This document shows, in pieces, positions 13,156 to 26,109 of a stretch of DNA of 64,000 nucleotides. The position numbers and the translations under genes are program-made. Where the stretch lies: positions 260,772,001 to 260,836,000 of the forward strand of contig OZ024743.1 in NCBI GenBank assembly GCA_964016885.1. The letters are read 5' to 3'. How positions within the stretch are numbered: the first letter of the stretch is position 1; each line of letters begins with the position of its first letter. The stretch is from Eledone cirrhosa (lineage: Eukaryota). The notes under the pieces were generated by a model, which was not told the DNA's origin, made no database searches, and worked only from the letters and a program-made list of their open reading frames with translations.

Positions 13156-15747
13156 CTTTGGGAGAGGAGTAATTATAGTGGGTGTCTGTTGAAAAATTGA
13201 TTTAAGTATAAGGAGTCGTTCGTAGTGAAATTATCCAGCTCTAACCTGTTCCATCATACGGTTCTAATTAATGAACGCAGGATAAGTGGAATAGTCACAC
13301 GTAGCAATTACCTTTCAGAATAGATGAACAAATGAGATAGTATCTACGTGGTCACTTGATCTACTAGAAATATCAACCATATTTTATTCAAATCACACAC
13401 CGCTGTGTCCTATACGAGGGAAGGACATTTTAGACAATGTTGTCTTGGCGTTCAATCTATCGTCTTTGACTATAGGCCTTTGCTTGATTAGGACTTACCT
13501 GTAAATAAAGAACAACGGCCAAGAAGGACATATTATATGCACATAAATAGACGAGATGGACACGGCTGGATTTTATTAATCATGGGTTTGCTCGGTCACT
13601 GTTGACCTGGGGCTAAACAACAACAGCAACCTCTCAAAATAATACAAACTTTACATCGTAATTAATTAGTGTATCATTGCATTAATGGCTGCGAGCGAAA
13701 TGAGTTGTTGTTGTTGCTGCTGCTGTTTAACCCTAAGTCAAACTTGGCGAAGCAGAATTGTAATCTCTGGCATTGTATAGGTTTAGATACACCGTGCAGT
13801 TATTTTATGCATGAAAAAACTAAATATCTCGTCTAATGTGTTCGTTCCTTTTCTAAGACTGTAATGTGTGACTTGGCTAATATTTCTAATAAAAGCGACC
13901 TCGGATCTTAGGAAATCATTGAATCGATAGAATTATACACAAAATGGTTGCGTTATTTAGTTACGTTTCTTTACAGTCTAAGTTCAAATCCTGCCAAGGT
14001 ATATTTTCACTTTTTATAAGTTAATCAAATAAATGCCAATCAAGTACTGGGATCGATTAAATAGACACGTCTCCTAAAATTTGTCATTTTGTTGAAATTC
14101 CGTCTGTTGCAACACCATTTCTTTTTTTTTTTTCTTTTTTTTTCTTGTAAAAAGAACTCCTAACCTTGAAATATCGTGAAAAAAGTGTAAACTGTTGTTT
14201 TGGTTTTCTTACGTTACTCTAGTTTTCACTCAATTGTACCAGCTTTCTTTTATAATACTCCAGTTTTGGCTCCTGTAATTCTAACTTGCATTGTCCCAGC
14301 TTTCCCACAACAATCCTAACCACATTATATACTTGTATTTTATACTCGGTGTAATTTTTGTTATCAAATCTGTAATTGATCAGAAAATCCTCTTTTCTTT
14401 CTGTTGCCAGATGGCATCCATACGACGGTGATCCCAACAAGAATTTGGCAAGGTAATTTCCATTATATTTTATCTTTGTTGCATTCATGTTTTAATATAT
14501 TTTTACAGCTTAGTTAGGAGTAAAGGTAGCGTTGACAACAAATTGGACTCTGTTAAAGGCACTCAAGAAATTGGCTGTGGTCTCAAACCGAGTGAAGAAT
14601 TATGTTTACCATCCATGTAGGCAATGGTGGTGCATTATTTATCGACTTCGGCAGAGTGAAAAGCATGTTGACCTCAGTTAGGGCCGTAATAAATACCGCA
14701 AGACATTTCTTCTGATGCTCTAATGCTTGTGTCAATTCACCTCCTGTTGTTCTTGTTTAAACAAAGCTCAAACCTGGTTAAGCAATTCTATAAATCAAAG
14801 TCATTCTATGCGCGGTCAACCCATGTGTTTATACAATATAGATTTACTATCCAAATATCTATTATATGTGATGTTATTTGATGGATATTCGGCTGCCAGA
14901 CCTCAATATTGCATGTATATGTGAACAGTAACGTCGTTAGATATTTGTGTTCACTGACGAGTGTCAGCGAATAAATGACTGATATTTCGAGAGTTGAACT
15001 TAGTAACGTTGCAGTGGACTATACAGAAGGAGTGCCGAAGTCCCGACCAGCATCCTTTCAACAGAGATTACCAAGAGATGCGATCTGCATGAAATGAAAT
15101 AGTTGAGTGAGTGCTAATACAATGTAGTGAGCAAACAAAATTCATTTTAATTAAACTTACATTTGCAGTAAGGAGAAGGGAAATATAGGCGCAATGAAAC
15201 TTAATTACTAAAACAAATTTGAATTACGCATGCAATGAGGTGCAGAAAATATTAATTCAATTGAATATGGTGACAACTCCAGATGTGTTTCGATCTTATT
15301 AGACCACATCAGCAGAACATAACTTTTTTCTTATGCTTGGCTGCAGTCTTTGAGTTATTTTTATTTCACACTGATAGAGCTTTGAGCAAGTAAGGTATTT
15401 TACAGATAATTTGCAAAACGTTCATAACTATAGCTACGCATTATATTCTACACTCGTTGAATATGTATATATAAGGAGTTTTAGGTACTCAAGAAAAGTC
15501 GATATCATAGGTGTGTATATAGATGTAATATTGGTACATAACACAAAATTATTAAAACATAAATGCAGAGGTTAAAATAAATAATGAATGTTTCAATTAT
15601 AAATGTTTGAGCCTTATTGGTTTCGTATTTATTAACATCATCAGCAAAAGGGAACATCCAAATGAGAGAAAGGCAGATTTGTTTCATATATCTTTATGTA
15701 TATACTCCAAAACACAAACTTGACCTGAAACAGGATTATATATGCAT

Positions 15748-16046
15748 GAGAGTTGTAACAGCATTATAAAACTGGGGCCACTGTCATTAAAACACAGAAG
15801 AAACCACCGATGTGACTGCATCTCATAGAAGACCAGATAAACCTACATATATGTGAACTGTAACAACATCATATTACTGGACCCACTATCATTAAAACAC
15901 GCAAGAATTCTCATCAGAGGCCAGATAAACTTACACTTACATGGGTGTGAGATGTAACAACATTATATGGCAGGGGCCACTATCATTAAAATACACAAGA
16001 AAACTCATAAGAGGCCAGAAAAAACTATATAGATGTGAGATGTAAA
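15748..16046. repeat. Degenerate minisatellite, ~90-105 bp x3, directly upstream of the Dbx exon acceptor
   Basis: Recurring TGTAACAACAT…CCACTATCATTAAAA…GGCCAGATAAAC. Confidence 0.75.
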
Positions 16047-16071
16047 TTTCCTATTTTTTATTCTTTTTCAG

Positions 16072-16278
16072 GTTCCGCAGCGGCTGCGGCCATTAATACG
16101 TCTGTCAGTGCATTTAGTAGCTGCCATCCATCTTTGTCATCTCTAACATCTGTAGCATGTAGCAAGTCTTCGTGTAGTTTGGGCAACCAGGGTGTCGCCT
16201 GTGCTGGTTGCAACCCTCGGGGTGCCACACTTTATGACAGTCATCTACAAGGAATTGTCAGGCATCCTTATTTTTCAG
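16072..16278 (+). CDS. Dbx: Dbx homeobox gene, internal coding exon (phase 1 to phase 1)
   Basis: Pyrimidine tract plus TTCAG acceptor ending 16071 and GTGAGT donor at 16279. Open frame GSAAAAAINTS...GIVRHPYFS splices in frame to the homeobox exon (G+CA = Ala). Confidence 0.8.
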
Positions 16279-16304
16279 GTGAGTATTTCGACCCAGTCCA
16301 GTTA

Positions 16305-16505
<201 letters not shown>

Positions 16506-16749
16506 TCAGCGTTTATTTTGTGGTGGGTGGGGTAGTTTTTTTATACAAAGGACATTATGTTAAAGGTCTGCTCTTTATCCGAACTTTACCCTTTCCTGGT
16601 GAAGTACTAACGTGCCATATGTTAAAACAATTTTTTGCTTTCGTAACAAACGTGGAAATTTTGTATTATTGTATCTCTGTGTTCGTCTTGTTTATCAAAT
16701 TTTTTGACTTAACTTGTTATCTAAAAATCCCCTAAATGTTGTTATTATT

Positions 16750-17169
16750 GAATTAGTAGAATCGATAGAGCTTCGAACACCCTGCTTCGCGGCATGGAGT
16801 TGCGGCCCTTTACATTATGAGTCCAATCCCGCCGAAATTAGCTTTGCCTCTCATCCTTACAGCGTCGATAAAATAAAGTACCAGTAATGCACTGGGGTAG
16901 ATTTAATCGACTTTCCCCTCCCCAAAAGGTTGTTGGCCACGTGCCTAAATCAGAAACCATTATTATTATTATTGGTGGATTGGCAGTATTGGTAGAAGGT
17001 TAGACACCATGCTTTGCAGCATAGAGTTACGCCCCTTTATGATTTGAGTTCAAATCCCGCCGAGGTTAACTTTGTCTTTCATCCTTACGGGGTCGATAAA
17101 ATAAAGTACCAGTAATACACTGATATAATTGCTGGCCTTGTGCCAAAAGTAGAAACAATTATTATTATT
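16750..17169 (+). mobile_element. Two tandem SINE copies in the Dbx intron just upstream of the homeobox exon
   Basis: Copies at about 16750-16970 and 16973-17169, each with the core and an (ATT)n tail. Confidence 0.85.
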
Positions 17170-17218
17170 GCTGTTGTTGTTGTTGTTGTTCATTAATGTT
17201 ATTATATTTTATTCACAG

Positions 17219-17418
17219 CAACGCCTTTACTCCCTATACCCAATACATTTTCGTTTTTAAACAATATCCGAGGAAAACCTCGCCGTGGAATGCTCCGTCG
17301 CGCCGTATTCTCTGATCTTCAACGGAAAGGATTGGAGAAGATGTTTCAGAAACAAAAATATATCAGCAAACCCGATCGTAAAAAGTTAGCAGCCAAGCTT
17401 GGACTGAAAGATTCACAG
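17219..17418 (+). CDS. Dbx: Dbx homeobox gene, exon encoding homeodomain helices 1-2
   Basis: CACAG acceptor ending 17218 and GTGAGG donor at 17419. Translation TPLLPIPNTFSFLNNIRGKPRRGMLRRAVFSDLQRKGLEKMFQKQKYISKPDRKKLAAKLGLKDSQ matches the Dbx1/Dbx2 homeodomain signature. Confidence 0.95.
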
Positions 17419-18327
17419 GTGAGGGCCACATTCATTCACATCATTGACTTCCAATTCCTAATCGAATTTACTTTATACTTTTCATTATTTTGAAGTTTTA
17501 CGCTATAAATACCAATAATAAGGGTAGGTTCATGCCTAAGTAAGAAAGCAATTGCATCATTAATATGGCGGCAATATCCTTGAGAACATTTATGATCTCA
17601 CGTAATCTCGTTAATCTTTAAAAGGGAGCCTTTAAGTAATTGCTCGATCAGCTATAAATAATTGTCAATTATCCCTCACATCACACCGCATCAATTTTTT
17701 TTAAGAATCACACCAGAAGAATGTAATATGGCACAAAACATCGATGAGGGGTTGATCATTGCTGGAACATCTAGTCAGAGAAGAGCTGGGTGGCGGGATG
17801 CTAAACAAAAACAAGCATCAACAACTCTTCCCTTTTTACAACGCCAAAATAAAGGATACTTCCCCTTCCTTTTTCTACCAACACCTTAGTCGCCTTTGCC
17901 GTTAGTGTTCTTGTTGTTAAGGTGATAATGATGTCTCCCAAGCTGTTACGATATAAATGTGTAATGGAATATTGCCCTTCAAAACATTACCTTTCAACAC
18001 TACTATACACAGTGTATTATTAATATTAACTATATGGCAACCTTGTGACATTATACTTCAGAATATGATGAAAAACCTTTAAACAATATAAACTCTTGTC
18101 CTTTCAAGACTAATTAATCACATACACCCCACTAGCACCAGCACCACCACGTTTGTCTAGGTTATATTAACTGATGTGTATTCTCTGATCGCAACTGTTT
18201 TGTCATCGAGTGATTGCCAGCCAATATGATCGATATTATTGTGTAGCGATATATATATATATATATACGTGTGTGTGTGTATATATATATGTGTATATAC
18301 ACATGTATGTAGTTATATGTGTGTATA

Positions 18328-18377
<50 letters not shown>

Positions 18378-18379
18378 AG

Positions 18380-18586
18380 TATAAGAAAGTGAGGTTTTTT
18401 TTACAAAATGAAAAATAACCGAGGTGTCCTACACGAGTGAAAGTATAAGGAAAAAACATGAAATCGAAAATGCAACTGAAGTCTTTTTTTTTAAATATAT
18501 ATATTTATTTGGTTCCTTTACCGGTTTCGCAGTCTTCTGCTTTTCAAAAGTAGAATTGAGATGGAGGGTTTGTGGTTTTTCTCACA
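18380..18586 (-). repeat. Dispersed repeat, inverted homologue at 37515-37730
   Basis: The translated tracks at 18424+ and 37443- are near-identical. The repeat contains GAAACCGGTA, a hammerhead 3' half. Confidence 0.65.
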
Positions 18587-18616
18587 TGTGTGTGTATATG
18601 TATATATATATATATA

Positions 18617-18647
<31 letters not shown>

Positions 18648-18654
18648 GTGTGTT

Positions 18655-18691
<37 letters not shown>

Positions 18692-18698
18692 GTATATA

Positions 18699-18730
<32 letters not shown>

Positions 18731-18756
18731 CATACATATATATATTTATATATGTG

Positions 18757-18811
<55 letters not shown>

Positions 18812-18824
18812 ATGTATATATATA

Positions 18825-19002
18825 TAACGAAGGAAATGTGGTAAGGAACCAGGTGGACCATAACGCACCAAAGTACTCAATACTTGAGGTAGCAGAGTGG
18901 GCAATAGGAACCAGTAAGACCCCGACAGCTGAGCTCAAGCCGCCTCGACGGCTAATTAGCCGTCGAGGCGGCTTGAGCTCAGCTGTCGGGGTCTTACTGG
19001 TT

Positions 19003-19006
<4 letters not shown>
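18825..19006 (-). repeat. Asymmetric fold-back element, copy B
   Basis: Same family. Perfect palindrome centred on GGCTAATTAGCC, with (TA)n flanks. Confidence 0.8.
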
Positions 19007-19060
<54 letters not shown>

Positions 19061-19107
19061 AATAATGGAGCTGCGGCGCTGCAAATGGGTTACATATGAA
19101 AAAGTTT

Positions 19108-19208
19108 GTCCTCATCAGTGGCCATCCAACCGTCGTAGGCATTTCGTCGCATTAAAGGCCATATACCTCAGGTTGGTGCGAGCAACGGCTAAAAAAAGTC
19201 GTTGGGAC
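19108..19208 (-). ncRNA. Rearranged hammerhead-like RNA, copy b
   Basis: GGTAT-A^TGGCC … GAAA-TGCC … GGCCA-CTGATGA. Confidence 0.65.
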
Positions 19209-19729
19209 ACGTAAATAAAGGGGACGCTAGGGTAAACAAACAAAATGGTTTAAGCAGCAGAAAGTGATGAAGAAGGAAACAAGTCCCAGATTTCTGTGAA
19301 TATAAATTCGGTGGAATCGTGAACGAGAGAATAAAGACCATCAAACCTGGTTGAAATGTGAGCAAGGAAGGAATTTCGCACAGGTCTAACGGGAGGAAGA
19401 AGGGGTCTGGTCTGCGAATTCGGTAAACATAAGTTCTGTGAAGTCGCAGACGAAAGAGAGAGAGAAAAAAAATTCATACCGGCTTGGCCAAGTGCCCGCG
19501 AGAAAAGGATTAGGGACAGGTCAAACGGGAAGAAAGGAGAGGAGGAGAGGTAGTCACAGAGAGTGAGTGAGTGAAAGGTGAGGAAGAGGCTAACAGAGAG
19601 AGAGACTGCTAGAAAGGGTAAAGACACAAAGAACGAAACAGACTGGTGGCAGCGGAGGAAAAAATATATGTGTAAATATGATAATAATGGAGCTGCGGCG
19701 CTGCAAATGGGTTACATATGAAAAAGTTT

Positions 19730-19829
19730 GTCCTCATCAGTGGCCATCCAACCGGCGTAGGCATTTCGTCGCATTAAAGGCCATATACCTCAGGTTGGTG
19801 CGAGCAACGGCTAAAAAAAGTCGTTGGGA
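19730..19829 (-). ncRNA. Rearranged hammerhead-like RNA, copy c (direct repeat of b)
   Basis: Near-identical to 19108-19208, 622 nt away. Confidence 0.6.
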
Positions 19830-20278
19830 ATATATCACCTCCAACCTTCCAGGTCTGCTCTTTATCCGAACTTTACCCTTTCCTGGTGAAGTACTAACGT
19901 GCCATATGTTAAAACAATTTTTTGCTTTCGTAACAAACGTGGAAATTTTGTATTATTGTATCTCTGTGTTCGTCTTGTTTATCAAATTTTTTGACTTAAC
20001 ACACACGTGCTTTCTCAGTTTTTAGGCGGGAGGGAGGGTCGTACCTTCCTCTCCTTAGTCACGTCTATCTTTCTATTTCTTCTTTTATCACTCCTTTTAT
20101 CTTCTAATGAAAGACCAACGTCCGAAACGTTAAAACCTTTTTCTTTCTATATCAAGTGTTAAACATATATAATCATGTGCTATTTATCTGCCAATGATGG
20201 TTGGCAAATCACTGATGAGGGACTAATTTTATAATATGTAATCCATGTGCAACCATGCAGTATTCTTCTCCCCTTGTT

Positions 20279-20423
<145 letters not shown>

Positions 20424-20701
20424 AGTGTGTGTGTGTCAGTGTCTGTGTGTGTCAGTGTCTGTGTGTGTGTGTGTATGTGTGAAGGTGTGTGGCTGAGTGG
20501 TTAGAGAATTGGATTCACAATGTTGAGGTTGTCCTTGAGCAAGACACTTTATTTCACGTTGCTCCTTCTACCTGAAGTTGCGACCGCTAGATAGTACTAG
20601 CAACTGGAAAGACCAACGGAAACATTTTTTCCTCGGTCCGATTTGACGAAAGTCGATCGATATTATATATGGATATATACACACATATATATATATATGT
20701 G

Positions 20702-20765
<64 letters not shown>

Positions 20766-20854
20766 CACATATATATATGTATATATATGTGTATATATAT
20801 ATATGTATATACACATATATATATGTATATATATGTGTATATATATATATATAT

Positions 20855-20915
<61 letters not shown>

Positions 20916-20925
20916 ACATATATAC

Positions 20926-20962
<37 letters not shown>

Positions 20963-21596
20963 TATATCCATCATTATATCGATATGTCCTCTGTTTTAGC
21001 GTCTCCGAAACAGATATTCACATAGAGATATCTTCTTTAGTTTCCTATCTATACTGACCTCCAACTCTAATTTTCTAAATAAGCAAACAAAAGCTGCCAG
21101 CCTGACCCTTCTTCCAGCTCTAGCTCTATAACTCTCACCAGCCTAAAACCCATGCAAGGTGGGTTTTTTGTGGAAGGCCAGCTGCCATCCATGCATGCCT
21201 GTCTCCCGTCTCGACGCACAGATATCCTAGAGAAAGATAAAGGCCGATACAGCTTAGCATTAGTGGTATCGTAATTAATTTGTTTAGCTGAATGAACTAA
21301 AGCAACGTGAGTGAAATGAAGTGTCTTGCTCAAATATATAACGCACCACCCGATCCGAGAATTGAACTCATAAGTTTAAGACAATGCACCCTACGCAAGC
21401 CATAAGCCCTCACTCTCACCTTTAGCATTTTCAAAATAACAGTGACTGGTTGTAAATTACCTCACAGACAGACAACTTTAGAAGGTTTCCTCGAACAGGG
21501 TTAACTGGTGACCTTTTTCTTTTATGTCACTAGCAGCTGGTCCTTATTAGAAATCCTTCTTTGTGAACTTATAGCTATACCAAATATTACCTCGTG

Positions 21597-21649
<53 letters not shown>

Positions 21650-21804
21650 AAAATGCGGAGGGGCAGGGGGGGGGGAGTCGTGCCTTCCGCTCCTTAGTCT
21701 CGTCTATCTTTCTATTTCTTCTTTTATCACTCCTTTTATCTTCTAATGAAGGACTAACTCTGGTGCGTTATGGTCCATCTGGTGCCTTACCACACCTCCT
21801 ACGT

Positions 21805-21879
<75 letters not shown>

Positions 21880-22489
21880 TGGCTGCCAATTCGTTTTCGA
21901 GTACGGCCACTACTTTATATCCATGTAGGAGAACCCCTACCGATGCGCTGAATGAGTGTGATTTTTAGTCCAGCCAGCGACTTGAAAACTCTGGTACAAA
22001 CACTACACTTGTGACAATTATTGACACATAGTACTGGGCCCATGGTACCATGTGACGACAAGTGCAGAGAGATCTCCAAATATAAAGCAATGCCTGTGCC
22101 GTGAAGCTTTTATAGTGAGCAAAGGCACTGCACAAAGCCAGTCCCACTCTCTTAACCAAGATGATATTTACCAAAAAGAAGAACAAGTCAACATCATTGG
22201 ATAGCATCAGGGTTGCAGGTGTTATATCAGAGTTTTCCTTCTCCTAGAATTCTGCCTTGACAAAGGCTAAGGGGTCATCTCTCCCGGTGATTTTGAATGG
22301 CCATTGACTCTTAAGAGCTCCTTTGCCCTTTGACAGGTTTTGTTTTTAGTCCTGCAGGATGTCCAAAGTCACCCTCCTCACCAAGAAACCTTGGTGGGGT
22401 TGCCAGTTTAGTCGCCAAGACCCAACCATGGGACAGGTTGTACTGGGATACATATTACCAGTAGCACCAACTGGTGGCCTGGTGGCCTG

Positions 22490-22555
<66 letters not shown>

Positions 22556-22595
22556 GATATTAAATAAATGGAAACTATATTTATAAAACCATATT

Positions 22596-22661
22596 TATTT
22601 CATTATATATATTTCAGGGATATCATATTAAAAATATGTTATGCCTTCTTCAGACAAAATA
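22596..22661 (-). ncRNA. Type I hammerhead ribozyme (mirror copy of 24409-24474)
   Basis: Reverse complement of the 24409-24474 motif. Confidence 0.65.
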
Positions 22662-24408
22662 CAATATAAACAGTCTTATAAATAGATAGATTCGACATAC
22701 CTTTCAACTTCGACTTCTATTTGAAAAGTTGATTTGGTAGTGGAAAAAATATTAGGGACAGTTATAGAAAGAAAGAAAGAAAAAACGAAGAAAAAGAAGA
22801 AATGCATGCAACTAAATAGAGAGAGATAGATATAGAGAGATAGATAGAGAGAAGAAATTCATGTAAAGAAACAGAGAGAGATATATAGAGAGAAGAAAAA
22901 ACACAGAGGGAGATAGATAGAGAGAGAGAGAGAGAAGAGAGGAGAGAGAGAGAGAGAGAAAATATAGAGAGATAGATATAGATAGAGATAGAGAGAAAGA
23001 AAATAGGTAGTTGTGCACGAGTTGAATGACGTATCAATGATATATTTATTTATTTATTTATTTATTTATTTAGCTCTAGTATCAATGTAGAGAGAGATAT
23101 ATGTGGTTAAGAGAGAAAACAGCCGTTACATAGAGAGAAAAGAAAAATATCCAGACAAAAACGAGGCAGATTTAAAACACTATGTATCATCAATGTAAAA
23201 AATATCAATTCGTATAAAACAGGCATTATAATGTAAATATCAGTATTCATAAATGAGACACGTATCAATAATGTGTGAAAAATAATGATCATATGTCTAG
23301 TTTAAAATTCATAGGTTTATATTAGAAGGTTATCCCAGATTTTATACTATATACATCCATGTGAATTTACGCGATCAGCTCTGCAAATTCCTATTTCACA
23401 CGAAAACATTCTCATTGTGCTATAAAAATTCTAGTATACATATATGTGTACATACACACAAATATATATAGAGTCTACATTAATTTTAACAATACTATTC
23501 ATGCCTTTACTCTACATGATTATCGTTCAAGCATAAATAGAGAACAGATATCAATATATCAACAAAAATATCAGAAACAAAAAGTAAATAAAAAACAAAA
23601 AATAAAAAAAATATTAAAAATAAAAATAAAAATATTAAAAAAATATTTAAAATATTAAAATAAAAATGAAACATAGTATGCCCCGCAAATCAACCACAGA
23701 GATCAACCCTTCAAAGTTAATTGACAATATATTGCCAAGTTCGTTATAAGCATCAGAATCAAAAGCAAACAAAACCAAAAATTATTTACCAAATCCTGTC
23801 TAGCAGAAAACATTCCAAGAGTTTAGGATACGCATTAGATCTACAGATGGTCTTATATTTAATATAGAAGTTTATCTAGTGTAAAGTTTATTCGATATAT
23901 TTGGAGCATCAGCTTTTAGGGTAGTTTAATTATTCATGAAGAATGTTTAAAATAAAAAGGAATCGAAAGATTTATCGGCGAGTTTCATAAATAATTATAA
24001 ATCAAATTAAATATACTACATTTTAAATTTATATTTATATTTAAAAGTTGAGTTCAATCTATGTCTGCAGCAACTGAATAAATTTGTCCGTAAATTAAGG
24101 GAATTTTTAGATTTTAGTATAAAGAATATCTCCTCCGCGCAGAGGTCACGTGTCTCAGAGGATGAATGTTTTTTCCTCTCTCTATATATCTCTCTCTGTT
24201 TCTTTACATGAATTTCTTCTCTCTATCTATCTCTCTATATCTATCTCTCTCTATTTAGTTGCATGCATTTCTTCTTTTTCTTCGTTTTTTCTTTCTTTCT
24301 TTCTATAACTGTCCCTAATATTTTTTCCACTACCAAATCAACTTTTCAAATAGAAGTCGAAGTTGAAAGGTATGTCGAATCTATCTATTTATAAGACTGT
24401 TTATATTG

Positions 24409-24474
24409 TATTTTGTCTGAAGAAGGCATAACATATTTTTAATATGATATCCCTGAAATATATATAATGAAATA
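24409..24474 (+). ncRNA. Type I hammerhead ribozyme
   Basis: Stem I TATTTTGT/ATGAAATA, CTGAAGA, stem II AGG…CCT, GAAA, palindromic helix III and an AUA triplet. Confidence 0.65.
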
Positions 24475-25322
24475 AATATGGTTTTATAAATATAGTTTCC
24501 ATTTATTTAATATCGTAAATATACTCCAAATACTTGTTGAGTGCTTTTATATCAGTTATAAATATTTACTCGTTGTTAACCCAACAATTTAAATAAAACT
24601 TTGCATATATATATATATATATATAATGTAGGAGGTGAGTTTTATTGTAGTACAATAAAGCAATGCAGATATCGGATAAGAAGCACTCTACAGTTTGTAG
24701 GACTGGAGTATACACTCTATATCACCGTATAAAAATCCTTCGTAAACATATACATTTTTTTTGACGTTAGAATATTCATCCGCAATTCATTATCTTTTCT
24801 CCCTATCATCTAACTCATTATTCTCAATACATATTAACTCCTTCTCTTTCTTCGCACATATTTTTCTCTTCGTTAATTTTCAAATTCTTTTAATTTATAC
24901 ATTATCTTCCAACGGTTTCAACCTCTCTATGTAAAACAATATATCTTTCTCAGTTATAAAAACTATCTCTCTCTCTCTATCACCCATCTCTCCTCCTATC
25001 TCATCCTTCCTCACTATACTCCTCCCTCTCCACCTTCACTCTCATCTCCTCCTCTTTTTTCATCCTTTCCACCACCACCACCACCACCCTCTAAATAAAA
25101 TATTTTTCCCAATATCACACATCAATCTAAAACTACTTCTCATATGTTGATTTAAAACTGAACTATCCACAAGTGTTTTTTAGCCTTCATATCATGTCCT
25201 CCTGTTTTATCTGATGAAAACACAAATATTATTGCATGATGATATTTGTTTTTGAAATGCGCATAATAAAATACATGGAACTCCTTTAACCATCTTTTGT
25301 TCTTATATATATATATATATAG

Positions 25323-25408
<86 letters not shown>

Positions 25409-26109
25409 TATTTTCTGTTACGTGTGCTTAGTTCATTGTGTGATTGTGATAGAAGGACTTTTGTCGTTTGTCTTAAAACGACGAATGAGAGAGTCGTTAA
25501 AACGTCGGATAAAATGCTTTACTTCTTGATTCTGACTCTCTGTGCTTTTAGTTCTAATCCTACCTCTGTCAAAGTTGCCTTTTTACCCTTTCAATGTCGA
25601 AAAATAAAATACCATTGCCATGCTGGGTTCGATTCTTCCTCTATCTCGCTTTTCCTCGCGCGCGTTGTTTTTTCCTGGAAAACATCGGCTGTGGTCTCAC
25701 TTGGAGAAACGTCGGTTTCACCTAGGTTAAAAGCCCAAGATATGTTCTGACGGCGCCCCTAGGATCCCATCGTGAGTTCAGAGCCCATTGATGGATATAT
25801 ATATATGTGCATGTGTGTGTGTGTATGTGTATGAGAGAGAGATAAATAATGAGGGAGAGAATGAGAGAGAGAAGAGGGGGTGAGGGAAAGAAAACAGAAA
25901 GGATAACACTGGAAGAGAGAGAAATTCCGACAAAATGAGTTACATTAAACATATTATCACATGACCAACGGGAATGAGCAGAGAGCATATCATGTGATTG
26001 ACAAACAAGAGAATGAAACAATTTTTATTTTGTTTGTCACATATGTTTTTATACCGTGCCATAGATCTAATTACATTTTTTTACAATTACATTTATATAT
26101 ATCAGATGA

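Larger units (their letters stand above)
19057..19829 (-). mobile_element. Non-coding element with ~150-bp direct repeats carrying the rearranged hammerhead (retrozyme- or PLE-like)
   Basis: 19057-19207 is repeated at 19678-19829. The spacer is pyrimidine-rich on the - strand and partly homologous to 3036-3170. The 3' end abuts (TA)n. Confidence 0.65.
22555..24517 (-). mobile_element. Penelope-like element remnant with an inverted terminal segment
   Basis: - strand 24159-24016 reads SETRDLCAEEIFFILKSKNSLNLRTNLFSCCRHR…*, resembling the PLE endonuclease C-terminus (LC..E..I…LN.R….CRH). About 350 bp at 22555-22910 is repeated inverted at 24172-24517, and each arm contains a hammerhead. Confidence 0.75.

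Noticed and set aside
19108-19208. Twister, HDV-like ribozyme or SECIS interpretation of the structured repeat
   Set aside because: It lacks twister and HDV conserved motifs. The CUGAUGA, GAAA and UH nucleotides with flanking helices fit a hammerhead core better.
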